Source: Parvicellaceae bacterium | GTDB lineage: Bacteria > Bacteroidota > Bacteroidia > Flavobacteriales_D > Parvicellaceae | DNA length: 64,000 nt | Direction: 5' to 3' | Assembly: GCA_965230225.1 (NCBI GenBank) | Contig: CBDDKM010000002.1 | Coordinates: 224,914 to 288,913, forward strand | Part shown: positions 19,848 to 30,200 of the stretch, in pieces | How the letters are laid out: each line of letters opens with the position of its first letter | Numbering within the stretch: the first letter of the stretch is position 1 | The notes under the pieces: generated by a model | Seen by the model: the letters and a program-made list of their open reading frames with translations, nothing else | Databases searched by the model: none | Told to the model about the DNA's origin: nothing | Program-made: the position numbers and the translations under genes

Positions 19848-20099
19848 CTATGGTTTAGCCAAATATTTTCTTTTAATATAATCTCTACCAATTCCAGATT
19901 TTAGATACTTCTCTCTATCCAAAGCTTCTTTTTTAGTTGAGAATTCTTCATAAAACAATATCCTCCATGGTCTATAACCCTTAGTTGATTTTGTTTTACC
20001 ACCATTATGCTCCTTTAACCTCTTTTCTACATCAGAAGAAAAACCAACATAGTTTCTTTCAAATCTAATACTTCTAAGAACGTATACATAGTATTTCAT
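19848..20099 (-). CDS. GIY-YIG nuclease family mini-protein (free-standing homing-endonuclease-like domain)
   Basis: YVYVLRS...NYVGFSSDVEKRLKEHN reproduces the GIY...YIG spacing plus a conserved Arg, Glu and Asn. An 83-aa length is typical of the tRNA-adjacent GIY-YIG ORFs of Bacteroidota. Confidence 0.8.
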   Translation of the reverse strand: MKYYVYVLRSIRFERNYVGFSSDVEKRLKEHNGGKTKSTKGYRPWRILFYEEFSTKKEALDREKYLKSGIGRDYIKRKYLAKP

Positions 20100-20118
20100 A
20101 ATACTATCGTTTTCAATT

Positions 20119-20229
20119 TCCGAAATCTAGTGCGCCCTGCCTGCCGCAGGCACGGTATTCAGTTGCGCCACGGGGCCATGTTCTGTGGCAAAACTAAATT
20201 TCCATCGAAATTAGTGATGCCACGGGGCC
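20119..20229 (-). repeat. truncated or rearranged copies of the adjacent tRNA (positions 1-22 and ~29-37, with a 20-nt hairpin inserted in the D region; a further 11-nt 5'-end copy at 20219-20229)
   Basis: tattcagttgcgccacggggcc occurs at 19815-19836 and 20156-20177, ccgaaatct at 19799-19807 and 20120-20128, and gccacggggcc again at 20219-20229. The extra segment gcctgccgcaggc is a perfect hairpin. Confidence 0.6.
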
Positions 20230-20316
20230 AAATCGGCTTTTATGCTAACAAAAATATTATTTATTCTTACAATAATTCATTTTTTATTTAGTTTGTACTG
20301 TTCAATGCTTTACAGA

Positions 20317-22641
20317 ATGAAAAATCTAATCTTTTTGGTACTTACCGCCGTTATTACCACTGGATATTCGCAGGATTTTGGCGTGGGTTCCTGGAGAGAA
20401 CACCTACCCTATAAAAACGTAATAGACATTGCCCAAATTGGAAATAAAACTTATGGTGCTACCAATTACGCTGTTTACTACCACGACGAAGATGATGGTA
20501 GCCTAAATAGAGTAACTAAAGTTAACGCTCTTTCTGATTTTTCCATTAATACCATGCAAGCCAACGACTCAGAAGATGCTGTAGTTATTGGTTATGCTTC
20601 TGGAAACATTGATATTATTAAAAACGATCGGGTTATTAATGTCTCTGCTATAATAAACAGTAATATTGTTGGAGACCGTGCAGTGTACAACATGCACAAC
20701 GAAGGAAGGTACGCTTACCTTGCCTGTGGGTTTGGCATAGTGGTTTTGGACGTTCGTAACGAAGAAATAAAGGATACTTACATCATTGGTAGTGGAGGAA
20801 GTCAGATCAAAATCAACGACATTGCTATAGACAACGACTCCATCTATGCTGCAACCAATATGGGAATCTATCAAGCCCATAAAAACACTCCATTTTTATC
20901 AGATCATACCAACTGGTCTGAGGATACGAATTTCCCTCATTCGGGCGACACCGTGAGCATGATTGCCTGGTACCAGAATAAACTATTTGCCAACTTTAGA
21001 GAGGTGGGCTATAATACAGATACCCTTTATTATAAAGACGGAACCTGGAATGCCGTTCCAAATCTGGCCTCAAGCGATTATCACGCTATTGAACCAAAAG
21101 ATAATAACATTCTTATTTCTCATAATACCGGTGTAATCGAAATGGACGGTGCTTTTCAGGAAGTAAAAACGTTATTCTCTTATGCAGGAGAAGGGTCCAT
21201 TGCAGCCAATACTTGTATTTGGGATGGAACTTATTTTTGGCTGGGTGATAAAGCTCTTGGAATGAGCAGGTTTGTAAACAACTGGAACTACAGCAACTAC
21301 CTGTTACCAGGACCTAATAGTAACGAAGTGTTCCACCTGGCTACTAAAGATGATATGCTTTGGGTATCTACCGGAAGAGCTTATAATACTGACTGGAATA
21401 ACTCATGGAGAAAAAGCGGGGTATACAAATACGACCAATACGATTGGAGCAAATACAACTTTACTACCCATACAGGAATTCCTCCCGATTCGGTATACGA
21501 CTTTGTACATACTTCCATTCACCCTTCCGATAAAAACCATGTCTTTGCAAGTACATTTGGTGGAGGGTTAATCGAAATTCAAGACAATCAAATTGTTAAC
21601 CGATTTACCTATTACAACTCTACCCTTCAAGAGTCTATTACCCATGGAAATAATCAGGTTAAAGTTGCCGGAAGTGACTTTGACGATGATAAAAACTTAT
21701 GGATTTCCAACTCATTTACCAATGAACCTCTTTCCGTTTACACCAAAGATGGAGAGTGGTACTCTTTCGATTGTGGTAACACGGCTAAAGACAAGGTTTG
21801 TACTGATATACTAATCGACAACAACTACAACTATGTGTGGATGGCCGTAAAAGGAGTTGGATTATTGGTATACGATTTCAACGACACTCCTTCCGACCCA
21901 ACGGATGATCAGTACAGGATGCTGACCACTAGTGAAGGGAATGGTAATTTACCCAATGCCACTGTAAATACCATTACGGAAGATAGGGATGGTGAAATTT
22001 GGATTGGAACTAACCACGGTCCGGCTGTTATATACAATCCTCCTGCTATCTTTGATGGAAACGGAAGCTTCGATGCTCAACAAATTCTTCTGGAACAAGA
22101 GGGAGTTATTCAATTGCTTCTGGAAACCGAGGTAATTACAGAAATTCTAATTGATGGGGGAAATAGAAAATGGTTTGCCACACTGAGCGGGGGGCTTTTC
22201 CTCATGTCTGAGGATGGAACAGAATTGATCCATTCTTTCACAACAGAAAATAGTCCTCTATTCTCAAACGAAGTTCTGGCACTTGCCATGAACGACATTA
22301 CAGGAGAACTTTACGTCGGTACCGATCTTGGAATAATGGGCTACAAAGGAGAAGCAACAGAACCAACAGAAGGATTCCAGGATGTTTATGCCTATCCGAA
22401 TCCCGTAAGGTCAGATTACACTGGACCAATTGCCATAAAAGGACTTATGGAAGAATCTGATGTAAAAATTACAGATGCATCGGGTAACCTGGTATACAGT
22501 GGCACCTCTGTAGGAGGTCAATTTGTATGGAACGGACTGAACTTACAGGGCGAAAGAGTGCAATCTGGAGTGTATTATGCTTTTGCTGCCAGTAGAACAG
22601 GATTATCTAAATCCTCCACCAAAATTTTGTTCATTCACTAA
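20317..22641 (+). CDS. T9SS-sorted two-beta-propeller protein, PorZ-like
   Basis: Signal peptide (MKNLIFLVLTAVITTGYS), many 'two-component regulator propeller'-type repeats (IWIGT, YVGT, WFATLSGGL...) and a C-terminal AYPNPVRSDYTGPIAIKGL...GVYYAFAAS CTD-like region. Size and architecture match PorZ (two propellers plus CTD). The ORF track's upstream start at 20242 is probably an over-extension. Confidence 0.65.
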   Translation: MKNLIFLVLTAVITTGYSQDFGVGSWREHLPYKNVIDIAQIGNKTYGATNYAVYYHDEDDGSLNRVTKVNALSDFSINTMQANDSEDAVVIGYASGNIDIIKNDRVINVSAIINSNIVGDRAVYNMHNEGRYAYLACGFGIVVLDVRNEEIKDTYIIGSGGSQIKINDIAIDNDSIYAATNMGIYQAHKNTPFLSDHTNWSEDTNFPHSGDTVSMIAWYQNKLFANFREVGYNTDTLYYKDGTWNAVPNLASSDYHAIEPKDNNILISHNTGVIEMDGAFQEVKTLFSYAGEGSIAANTCIWDGTYFWLGDKALGMSRFVNNWNYSNYLLPGPNSNEVFHLATKDDMLWVSTGRAYNTDWNNSWRKSGVYKYDQYDWSKYNFTTHTGIPPDSVYDFVHTSIHPSDKNHVFASTFGGGLIEIQDNQIVNRFTYYNSTLQESITHGNNQVKVAGSDFDDDKNLWISNSFTNEPLSVYTKDGEWYSFDCGNTAKDKVCTDILIDNNYNYVWMAVKGVGLLVYDFNDTPSDPTDDQYRMLTTSEGNGNLPNATVNTITEDRDGEIWIGTNHGPAVIYNPPAIFDGNGSFDAQQILLEQEGVIQLLLETEVITEILIDGGNRKWFATLSGGLFLMSEDGTELIHSFTTENSPLFSNEVLALAMNDITGELYVGTDLGIMGYKGEATEPTEGFQDVYAYPNPVRSDYTGPIAIKGLMEESDVKITDASGNLVYSGTSVGGQFVWNGLNLQGERVQSGVYYAFAASRTGLSKSSTKILFIH

Positions 22642-22710
22642 AAAACATCTTAAAAAGCTGTTACCTTTTTGCAGGTTCTACATTAATAGTATATAACCAA
22701 TACTTATAAT

Positions 22711-23382
22711 GTGATGAAGAATGCAGTGTTTTTACTATTAACTTTCTTTTCTGTTCAGCTATTTGCTCAACAAAAAGCTCCATTTGTTGTTTCCGTTACG
22801 GACTTTAAAAACGTACCACTTAAAGGAGAGCAAATCCTATTCGTAAGCAAGAACAATGGAAATACCTACAAAGGAGTAAGCGACGCTACCGGAAAGTTTA
22901 AAATAGAGGTACCGGGTGGAGACATTTACGACATAAGAATTAAAAGTGTTGGTGATGCAAAAGACTACAACACCATGGAAATTCCTGCCATTGGAGAAAA
23001 CGAATATTACGTGGAAGGTCAACTTACCATCATGATCGAACAACCTAAATACTTTACGCTCGATAATGTTCATTTCGACAGTGGTAAATCCACCATCAAA
23101 ACCTCCTCGTTTGCTGAGTTAAATGAACTGGTAGAATACCTTAAACTAAAGCCCAATCAGAAAATCGAAATTGCCGGGCATACCGATAACATAGGAGAAG
23201 AAGCTGCCAATGTGAACCTCTCTCAAAAAAGAGCTGACGCCGTAATGAACTACCTAATTAAAAAGGGAATATCTGCTGGTAGATTGGTTGCAATTGGTTA
23301 CGGAGAGACCCGACCGGTAGCTGATAACAGTACAGAAAAAGGTCGAAAATTGAATCGAAGAACCGAAGTTCACCTTAAATAA
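22711..23382 (+). CDS. OmpA-family protein (N-terminal beta domain + OmpA_C peptidoglycan-binding domain)
   Basis: FDSGKSTIK...LNELVEYLKLKPNQKIEIAGHTDNIGEEAANVNLSQKRADAV...GYGETRP is canonical OmpA_C. A signal peptide is present. Confidence 0.8.
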   Translation: MMKNAVFLLLTFFSVQLFAQQKAPFVVSVTDFKNVPLKGEQILFVSKNNGNTYKGVSDATGKFKIEVPGGDIYDIRIKSVGDAKDYNTMEIPAIGENEYYVEGQLTIMIEQPKYFTLDNVHFDSGKSTIKTSSFAELNELVEYLKLKPNQKIEIAGHTDNIGEEAANVNLSQKRADAVMNYLIKKGISAGRLVAIGYGETRPVADNSTEKGRKLNRRTEVHLK

Positions 23383-23458
23383 ACTCAATGTATTTAAACA
23401 GAAGATAGTGGAAACAAATTAGACGCATCCTCAAAAAAACACGCCATACGGGGTAATT

Positions 23459-24010
23459 TTGAACTTGATGAATTATCTCGACATCATATTCATTGTTCCA
23501 TTAATTTGGGCAGCTTACCGCGGGTTTAACAAAGGACTAATTATCGAAGTTAGTAGCCTGGTTGCCCTTGGTCTTGGAATATGGGGAGGAATTCACTTTT
23601 CGGATTACATTGCCGACTTAATTACCGGAAAGGTAGATTCTCAATATATTCCACTAGTTTCTTTCAGCTTAACTTTTATCATCATTGTTGCCACGGTATT
23701 TGTTCTGGGAAAACTACTGGAAAAAGCAGTTAATCTGGTACAACTAAAGTTGGTAAATAAAATCTCTGGAGCAGGCTTTGGTATTGCAAAGGTGGTATTG
23801 ATCATTAGTGTTTTATTGGTCATCATTAACTCTTACGACGATAAGCTAAACCTCATCCCACCAAAGGTAAAGGAAGAATCCTTGCTTTATAACCCTCTTA
23901 CAGAAGTCTCATTAACAGTTATTCCTGCTTTAGAGAAAAGTGATCTATTCGAGAAAGAGGAAGAATTGATCCCATCTGCAGATACAGTTAAACTGGTAAT
24001 GAACCATTAA
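23459..24010 (+). CDS. cvpA: CvpA family membrane protein
   Basis: MNYLDIIFIVPLIWAAYRGFNKGLI start and a four-TM layout typical of colicin V production protein homologues. Confidence 0.7.
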   Translation: MNLMNYLDIIFIVPLIWAAYRGFNKGLIIEVSSLVALGLGIWGGIHFSDYIADLITGKVDSQYIPLVSFSLTFIIIVATVFVLGKLLEKAVNLVQLKLVNKISGAGFGIAKVVLIISVLLVIINSYDDKLNLIPPKVKEESLLYNPLTEVSLTVIPALEKSDLFEKEEELIPSADTVKLVMNH

Positions 24011-24056
24011 TTGAACCTTCTTTTATTGCTTTTCTTTCGTTACATTTGACGGCGAA

Positions 24057-25178
24057 ATGCAGTTCGACAAAATCATTGGTCAGGAAGAAACTAAAGCCCA
24101 CCTCATTCATACAGTTGAGGAGGACAGAATTAGTCATGCCCAATTGTTTTTGGGACCTGAAGGAAGTGGAACGCTTCCACTGGCAATTGCATTTGCTCAG
24201 TATTTACTTTGCTCCAACAGAGGGGAGAAAGACGCCTGTGGAGAATGTCCTTCTTGCAAAAAAGTTCAAGGGTACAATCATCCCGATTTGCACTTCTCTT
24301 TTCCCATTCACTTATTGAAAAGCGTTAGAACATCTAACGATGCTCTTACTGAATGGAGAGAACAACTAATAGAACAACCTTACTTTAGTCTCTACCAATG
24401 GAACCAAAAACTTGGTGCGGAGAACAAGCAAGGTGTTATTGGTAATGATGAGAGTTTAAGCATTGTAAAAAAGATCGTTCTGAAATCATTCGAAGGAGGA
24501 TATAAAATCCTCATCATGTGGTTACCGGAACTGATGAATGCAACAGCTTCTAACAAGCTTTTAAAAATCATCGAGGAACCACCACCAAAAACGTTATTCT
24601 TATTGGTGGCCGAGTCTCAGGAAAACATTATTACCACTATTCTTTCCAGAACACAGATAGTAAAGATTCCTAAACTGAAGGAAACTGAACTGGCCGATCA
24701 TCTTGAGCAAAGAATGGGATTATCCCATAACGAAGGAGTCAATATTGCGCACCTAGCAGAAGGAAACGTATGCAAGGCTCTAAAACTGGTTAGTGAACAA
24801 AATGAAACCAGTTTCAACCTGGAAAACTTTGTTACCTGGATGCGTCTTTGTTATCAAAGAAACATCGCAAAAACCATCGATTGGGTAGATGTAATTTCCT
24901 CGGCAGGTAGAGAAAATCAAAAGAATTTCCTCAAATTCAGTTTACACATGTTCAGGCAGTGTATTGTAGGTCATTACGCCGACGATCAATTGGTAATTCT
25001 TACCAAAGATCAAAAAGCATTTTTGAGTAAGTTTTCTCCTTTCATCAACTACAAAAACATTGTTGGCTTAACGGAACAATTTAATGATGCCTACTACCAC
25101 ATTGAGCGAAATGCCAACCCTAAAATCCTGTTTCTGGATCTTTCATTAAAAGTTTTCGCGCTGCTAAAAGTGAAGTAA
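24057..25178 (+). CDS. holB: DNA polymerase III delta' subunit (HolB-like AAA+ clamp-loader subunit)
   Basis: HAQLFLGPEGSGTLPLAIAFAQYLLC...CGECPSCKK (clamp-loader Zn module) and a LIMWLPELMNATASNKLLKIIEEPP box. Confidence 0.8.
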   Translation: MQFDKIIGQEETKAHLIHTVEEDRISHAQLFLGPEGSGTLPLAIAFAQYLLCSNRGEKDACGECPSCKKVQGYNHPDLHFSFPIHLLKSVRTSNDALTEWREQLIEQPYFSLYQWNQKLGAENKQGVIGNDESLSIVKKIVLKSFEGGYKILIMWLPELMNATASNKLLKIIEEPPPKTLFLLVAESQENIITTILSRTQIVKIPKLKETELADHLEQRMGLSHNEGVNIAHLAEGNVCKALKLVSEQNETSFNLENFVTWMRLCYQRNIAKTIDWVDVISSAGRENQKNFLKFSLHMFRQCIVGHYADDQLVILTKDQKAFLSKFSPFINYKNIVGLTEQFNDAYYHIERNANPKILFLDLSLKVFALLKVK

Positions 25179-25360
25179 GCCCTCCACAAGTTAGAGAAGC
25201 CTAAAAATTGCTAACTTTGTAGTTAGGATTTAGAGGGGAAGGAAAGCATAAGTTGATTTACACAACTCTATTATATATTTAGAAAGTCTGATTTTAAAAG
25301 GCTTTCAAACACATACGAACGAATGGCTTGCCTTTACTCCCAAAGTAAATAGAATACACT

Positions 25361-26746
25361 ATGGGATGTACAACGTGTACAAACAATACAGATAGTCAAA
25401 CAGCTCCGGGATGTAAAAGTAACGGAGATTGTGGCAGCGGTGGATGCGAAAGAATGTCAGTCTTTGACTGGTTAAGCGATATCGAAATGCCAACCGGTAA
25501 AAAGCGCTTCGACTGTGTTGAAGTGAGCTTTAAAAACGGGCGAAAAAACTTTTATCAAAATCAGAAAAATTTCAACTTATTCATGGGGGATACCATCGTA
25601 GTAGAAGGTAGCCCGGGATACGACGTTGGAATTGTTACCCTAACCGGAGAATTGGTTCGTCATCAGATGAACAGAAAAGGGGTTAAAGGGAATACAAGAG
25701 ACCTAAAAAAGGTTTACCGAAAAGCAAACGAAGCAGATATTGCCAAATGGAAAGAAGCTCGTTCGTTGGAGTACGAAACCATGCATAATGCCAGAACCAT
25801 GGCCTCTAAACTGAACCTAAAAATGAAACTAGGTGATGTGGAGTACCAGGGTGATAAAACCAAGGCAACATTCTACTATACTGCAGATGAGCGTGTTGAT
25901 TTTCGTGAGTTGATTAAAGTAATGGCGGATTCTTTTAAAATAAGAATCGAAATGCGTCAAATTGGAGCCAGACAAGAGGCTGGAAGATTGGGAGGAATTG
26001 GTGCTTGTGGTAGAGAACTTTGTTGCTCTACCTGGCTGTCTGATTTTAGATCAGTTTCCACTAGTGCAGCTCGATACCAACAGTTATCCCTAAACCCTCA
26101 AAAATTGGCGGGGCAATGTGGTAAACTAAAGTGTTGCCTAAATTTCGAACTGGACCAGTACATGGAGGCACTTAAGTCTTATCCAGACACTAAAGTTCAG
26201 CTTAAAACTCACGGTGGAAACGCTATACACATCAAAACTGATGTATTTAAGCGTACCATGTGGTACCTTGTTCAAAAGGAAAAGGGAGGTAATTCAATTA
26301 TCCCTCTTAGCATTGAGCGTGTATTTGAGATCATCGAAATGAATAAATCCGGAGAAAAAATCGAAAGCTTACAAGAGTTTGTAGACTATCCGGAAATTGA
26401 AGAAGAACCAGATTACACCAACGTGGTAGGTCAGGACGACCTTACCCGATTTGATCAGAAATTCAAGAAAAAGAAAAAGAAAAAGAAGAAAAGAAGACCA
26501 AATCGAAACCAAAAAGGAAAACAGCAAAAAGCTTCTGCTCAAGGAGGAGGTCAGCAAAAGAAAGGTGGCCAACAAAAAAACAGCGGGCAGCAAAAGAAAA
26601 AGCCACAGGCTAAGAAACAAGGTGGTAATGCGGAAAATAAAGGAGGGGGAACTTCTCGAAACAATCAACGTAGAAAGGGAGGAAACAATTCCAAAAACCG
26701 TAATAACAACAGGAAAAAACAAAACCAACCAAAGAAAGGTGAATAA
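25361..26746 (+). CDS. ricT: PSP1/RicT-like protein (YaaT family) with Cys-rich N-terminus and a ~100-aa polybasic K/Q/G-rich tail
   Basis: Central PSP1 C-terminal-domain-like region (GIGACGRELCCSTWL...CGKLKCCLNFE). The conserved holB to PSP1 gene order is as in other bacteria. The tail KKKKKKKKRRPNRNQKGKQQK... is low complexity. Confidence 0.75.
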   Translation: MGCTTCTNNTDSQTAPGCKSNGDCGSGGCERMSVFDWLSDIEMPTGKKRFDCVEVSFKNGRKNFYQNQKNFNLFMGDTIVVEGSPGYDVGIVTLTGELVRHQMNRKGVKGNTRDLKKVYRKANEADIAKWKEARSLEYETMHNARTMASKLNLKMKLGDVEYQGDKTKATFYYTADERVDFRELIKVMADSFKIRIEMRQIGARQEAGRLGGIGACGRELCCSTWLSDFRSVSTSAARYQQLSLNPQKLAGQCGKLKCCLNFELDQYMEALKSYPDTKVQLKTHGGNAIHIKTDVFKRTMWYLVQKEKGGNSIIPLSIERVFEIIEMNKSGEKIESLQEFVDYPEIEEEPDYTNVVGQDDLTRFDQKFKKKKKKKKKRRPNRNQKGKQQKASAQGGGQQKKGGQQKNSGQQKKKPQAKKQGGNAENKGGGTSRNNQRRKGGNNSKNRNNNRKKQNQPKKGE

Positions 26747-27203
26747 ACTAATTTACTTCATACTTGTTCCGGTCCTCTTTTCCTCTTGCAAAGGAGAGGA
26801 CGTTTACTTTGAAGAAAACAAAGCAATAGATGGTAATAGCTGGCACAAAGACGAGTCAGTTAGCTTTGAGTTTGATGTAGAAGATACGGTATCTCTTTAC
26901 AATTTCTACTTTAATGTAAGAACAAGTACCGATTATGAGTGGTCCAATTTATACCTGTTTGTTTCTCTGGAAACACCTAGTACTAAAATTGGAACAGATA
27001 CAGTTGAATTACCTTTAGCAGCACCAAGTGGCGAATGGTACGGAACTAACTCTGGTAGTATTGTAACCAATACTGTAAAATTCATCGACAGACTTAAATT
27101 CAACGAATTAGGAACCCATAAATTCACTTTTAATCAGGCAATGAGAGTGGATGACCTACCGGAAATTATGGATGTTGGAATTAAGATGAAACAAGTGGAA
27201 TAA
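26742..27203 (+). CDS. gldH: gliding-motility lipoprotein GldH
   Basis: Using the GTG at 26742 (GTGAATAA overlapping the ricT stop), the product VNKLIYFILVPVLFSSCKG...NSWHKDESVSFEF...YNFYFNVRTSTDYEWSNLYLFVSLE...VGIKM has the lipobox and conserved blocks of GldH. The 250-aa ORF at 26451 in the track is an out-of-frame artefact running through the ricT tail. Confidence 0.75.
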   Translation, partial: NKLIYFILVPVLFSSCKGEDVYFEENKAIDGNSWHKDESVSFEFDVEDTVSLYNFYFNVRTSTDYEWSNLYLFVSLETPSTKIGTDTVELPLAAPSGEWYGTNSGSIVTNTVKFIDRLKFNELGTHKFTFNQAMRVDDLPEIMDVGIKMKQVE

Positions 27204-30200
27204 TTAATCCTTGTAATTGTTTTCTTCCAAACGCTTTTTGATCTCTTCCAGGTGAAGCATCTTCTTGTGCTGCCTTAGTTTAATAGAGGATTTTGTAAAG
27301 TACTTGTGCATGGTTAAGAACTTAACCTGAATTTCGTCCCATACCCTGTCGCTATTTATCTTACCATGATCCCTCAACTCCCTTCTAAGCGTGTCTGAAA
27401 TTTCATGGAAATCATCCCTACCTAAATAGTCCAAATCGGCATCACAGATAATCTCCTCCAAATGAGACTTAGGATTGTGCGGAATAATGGTCGCGTAAAT
27501 TAGCTTATGAACCACTTTAACCTGCTCTTCGGTATATCCGTACTTAGGTAGGATTTCCGTTGCCATACGCGCTCCTACAGGTTCATTTTCGTCATACTGC
27601 TCTACAAACCCAGCATCGTGGTATGTTGCTGCAGATTTAAGCACAAAGATATCCTCGTCCAATACTCCCTCCATAATGGCAATTCGCTCCACAGCTTCCA
27701 CCACATCCAATGTATGATGAATCCCATGATAATGCAAATTAGGAGATAATTTAGACTTCAAAATTCTCATAATATGTCGCTCTGCTTTTCTATAGTTAAT
27801 ACTACTGTAGATATGCAGGTTAACATAGTCTTTAAACTTCTGGTTAGGTACTATTCCTTCTCCACCTACCGATAAATGAGGTTTGATTCGATCCACAAAA
27901 TACATGTCAATCTCACCTTTATTTTTTGCCGGGATTTTACCTCTATAAGTACAGTCGAAATATGGTTTTACCAGTTCGTAAGTAGAACCTGAAATATTTA
28001 CCTTATTGGGCTCCCCACTCATCTCCATACGATTAGCTACGTTTACCGTATTCCCCCAAACATCGTAAGCAATACGCTTGGTACCAATTACCCCTGCAAT
28101 TACATCTCCAGTATGAATTCCAATTCTCAGCTGCCAAATGTCTTCTTCAGCTGTATTCTCCTGGTGCTTTTCTTTATATTGCTTCATGAAGGATTGAATC
28201 TCCAGAGCTGCTAATACGCTATTAATTGGATTTTCTTTATCTCTCAATGGAACACCACCGGCTGCCATATAGGAATCTCCAATGGTTTTAATTTTCTCTA
28301 TCTGGTGTTTCTCCGTAATTCTATCGAACTCCCTAAACAAGTTATCCAGCCTTTTTACCAAATCACTTGGTTTCATGGTTTCAGCAATTCTGGTAAACCC
28401 TTTAATATCGGTAAACATTACCGTTACCATTCTGTAATACCTTGTTCTAGCCTTCCCCTTATTTTTAAGCTCTTCTGCAGTTTCTACCGGTAAAATATTG
28501 GCCAACAGTTTGTCTGCTTTTTCCTTCTCCACTTCCAGAGCAAGTTTTTGAGCTTCCATTTGCTCTTTTTGCTTGGTAATGGTTTTTGTTCTTCTCTCTA
28601 CCAAATAAGCCAGTTTTCTTTTCTGGGCTTTCATGGTTTGAATACGAACAATATAGCTCACATACACCACCAATAAAATAAAGGCTACACAAATGGTAAT
28701 GAACCACCAGGTTCTCCAAAATGGAGGAGTAATCGTAATGTTTATTTCTGTAGGTTCACTTACCCAAACTCCATCGCTGTTTGATGCCCAAACTTTAAAT
28801 GTATAATCACCTGGAGAAAGATTAGAGTAATTAATTTGTTGAAGGTCTCCCAACTCTATAGCTGTTTCGTCAACTCCTTCCAGAATCACTTTGTACTTGT
28901 TTCCCTTAGAATAAGTATAGTGCAACGCAGCAAACTTAAACGTTAGGTTATTTTGCTTATGAGATAAAGTTAAATGCTTTAAAAATGAAATCTCATTAAG
29001 AGTATCAATCTCATTCTCAATTGGTTTATTGAATAACAAAATATCGGTAATAACCGACCTTGGAGGAACTTCGTTCGATTTAATTTCCGTTGGATAAAAT
29101 GCATTAAATCCATTGATCCCACCAAAGTATAACTTACTGGTTTTGGATCTGAAATAAGCTCCATTATTAAACTCATTACTCTGAATTCCATCACTTTCAT
29201 AATAGTTCTGGAATCTTTTGGTCTTAATGTCAAATTTAGATAGTCCAAAGTTGGTACTCAACCAAAGAGTTCCAGGCTCTCCTCCCAATACTCCATAGAT
29301 AGAGTTATTACAAAGTCCATCAGACTCATCATAACTGGTAAAGCTTTCTGTTTCTTTATTGAACTTATTCAATCCTCCTCCGTAAGTACCGAACCATAAA
29401 TCTCCATTATCTTCTTCCCAAATAGACAGGACAGTATTGTTACTTAACGAAGTAGAATCATTAGGACTATTTTCGTACTGAATAAAAGTATATTTCTCAT
29501 CTCCACCACTAACGCTTCTCTCTATTTTAGTTATTCCTCCTCCAACAAATCCAAGCCAAAGATTGCTCTCCTGGTCGGCATATACAACCCTGCATTCCTC
29601 TTTTGGTATACGGTGATAGTTATCTCTGTTGGAAAAGAAATGGTACTCGAGAGTTCTTAAATCAATTTCAGAAACTCCTTCCCTACACGCCAACCACAAA
29701 GTAGTGTCATTTTCAATGAACATACTAAAAACACGGTCATCGGAATTGGTTTCTATGTTGTCTCTGTAATCTACTTTCTCATACTCCACACTGCTCCAAT
29801 CTGCTGATGGTTTTATAAGATATAACCCACCCGTAGCGGCAGCCCAGATTCTCCCGGACGAATCTACTTTAATATCGTAAACACTATGGTTATTTGGCTC
29901 GTATGGGTTATCAGAAACATACGGATAATGGTAGTATTGATTATTACGAGTATCAATCCTTGTAATTCCTTTTCGGGTTCCTGTCCAAATAATATTGGGT
30001 GTTTCCTCAAAAATGGACCAAACATTCTTGTCGTTCAAGCTATTGATATCGCCATATTTATACCTGTAATGACCAAACCCTTGCTTAACCGGATCGAAGT
30101 ATAACAACCCATCCTGAGTACCGATCCAAATGATTCCGGTGCGATCTTTAAACAAAGAGTTAATGATGTTACTAGAAAGGGAATTAGGGTCGTAATCGTT

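Noticed and set aside
20242-20316. Upstream extension of the PorZ-like ORF
   Set aside because: A canonical signal peptide begins at the internal ATG (20317). The extension is hydrophobic junk overlapping the tRNA-fragment and promoter region.
26451-27203. 250-aa ORF from the six-frame track, starting inside the ricT tail
   Set aside because: Its N-terminal 100 codons are the alternate frame of the lysine-rich ricT tail, with biased KRKRKRRKEDQ composition. The conserved part begins exactly at a GTG overlapping the ricT stop and matches GldH. It is reinterpreted as gldH (26742-27203).
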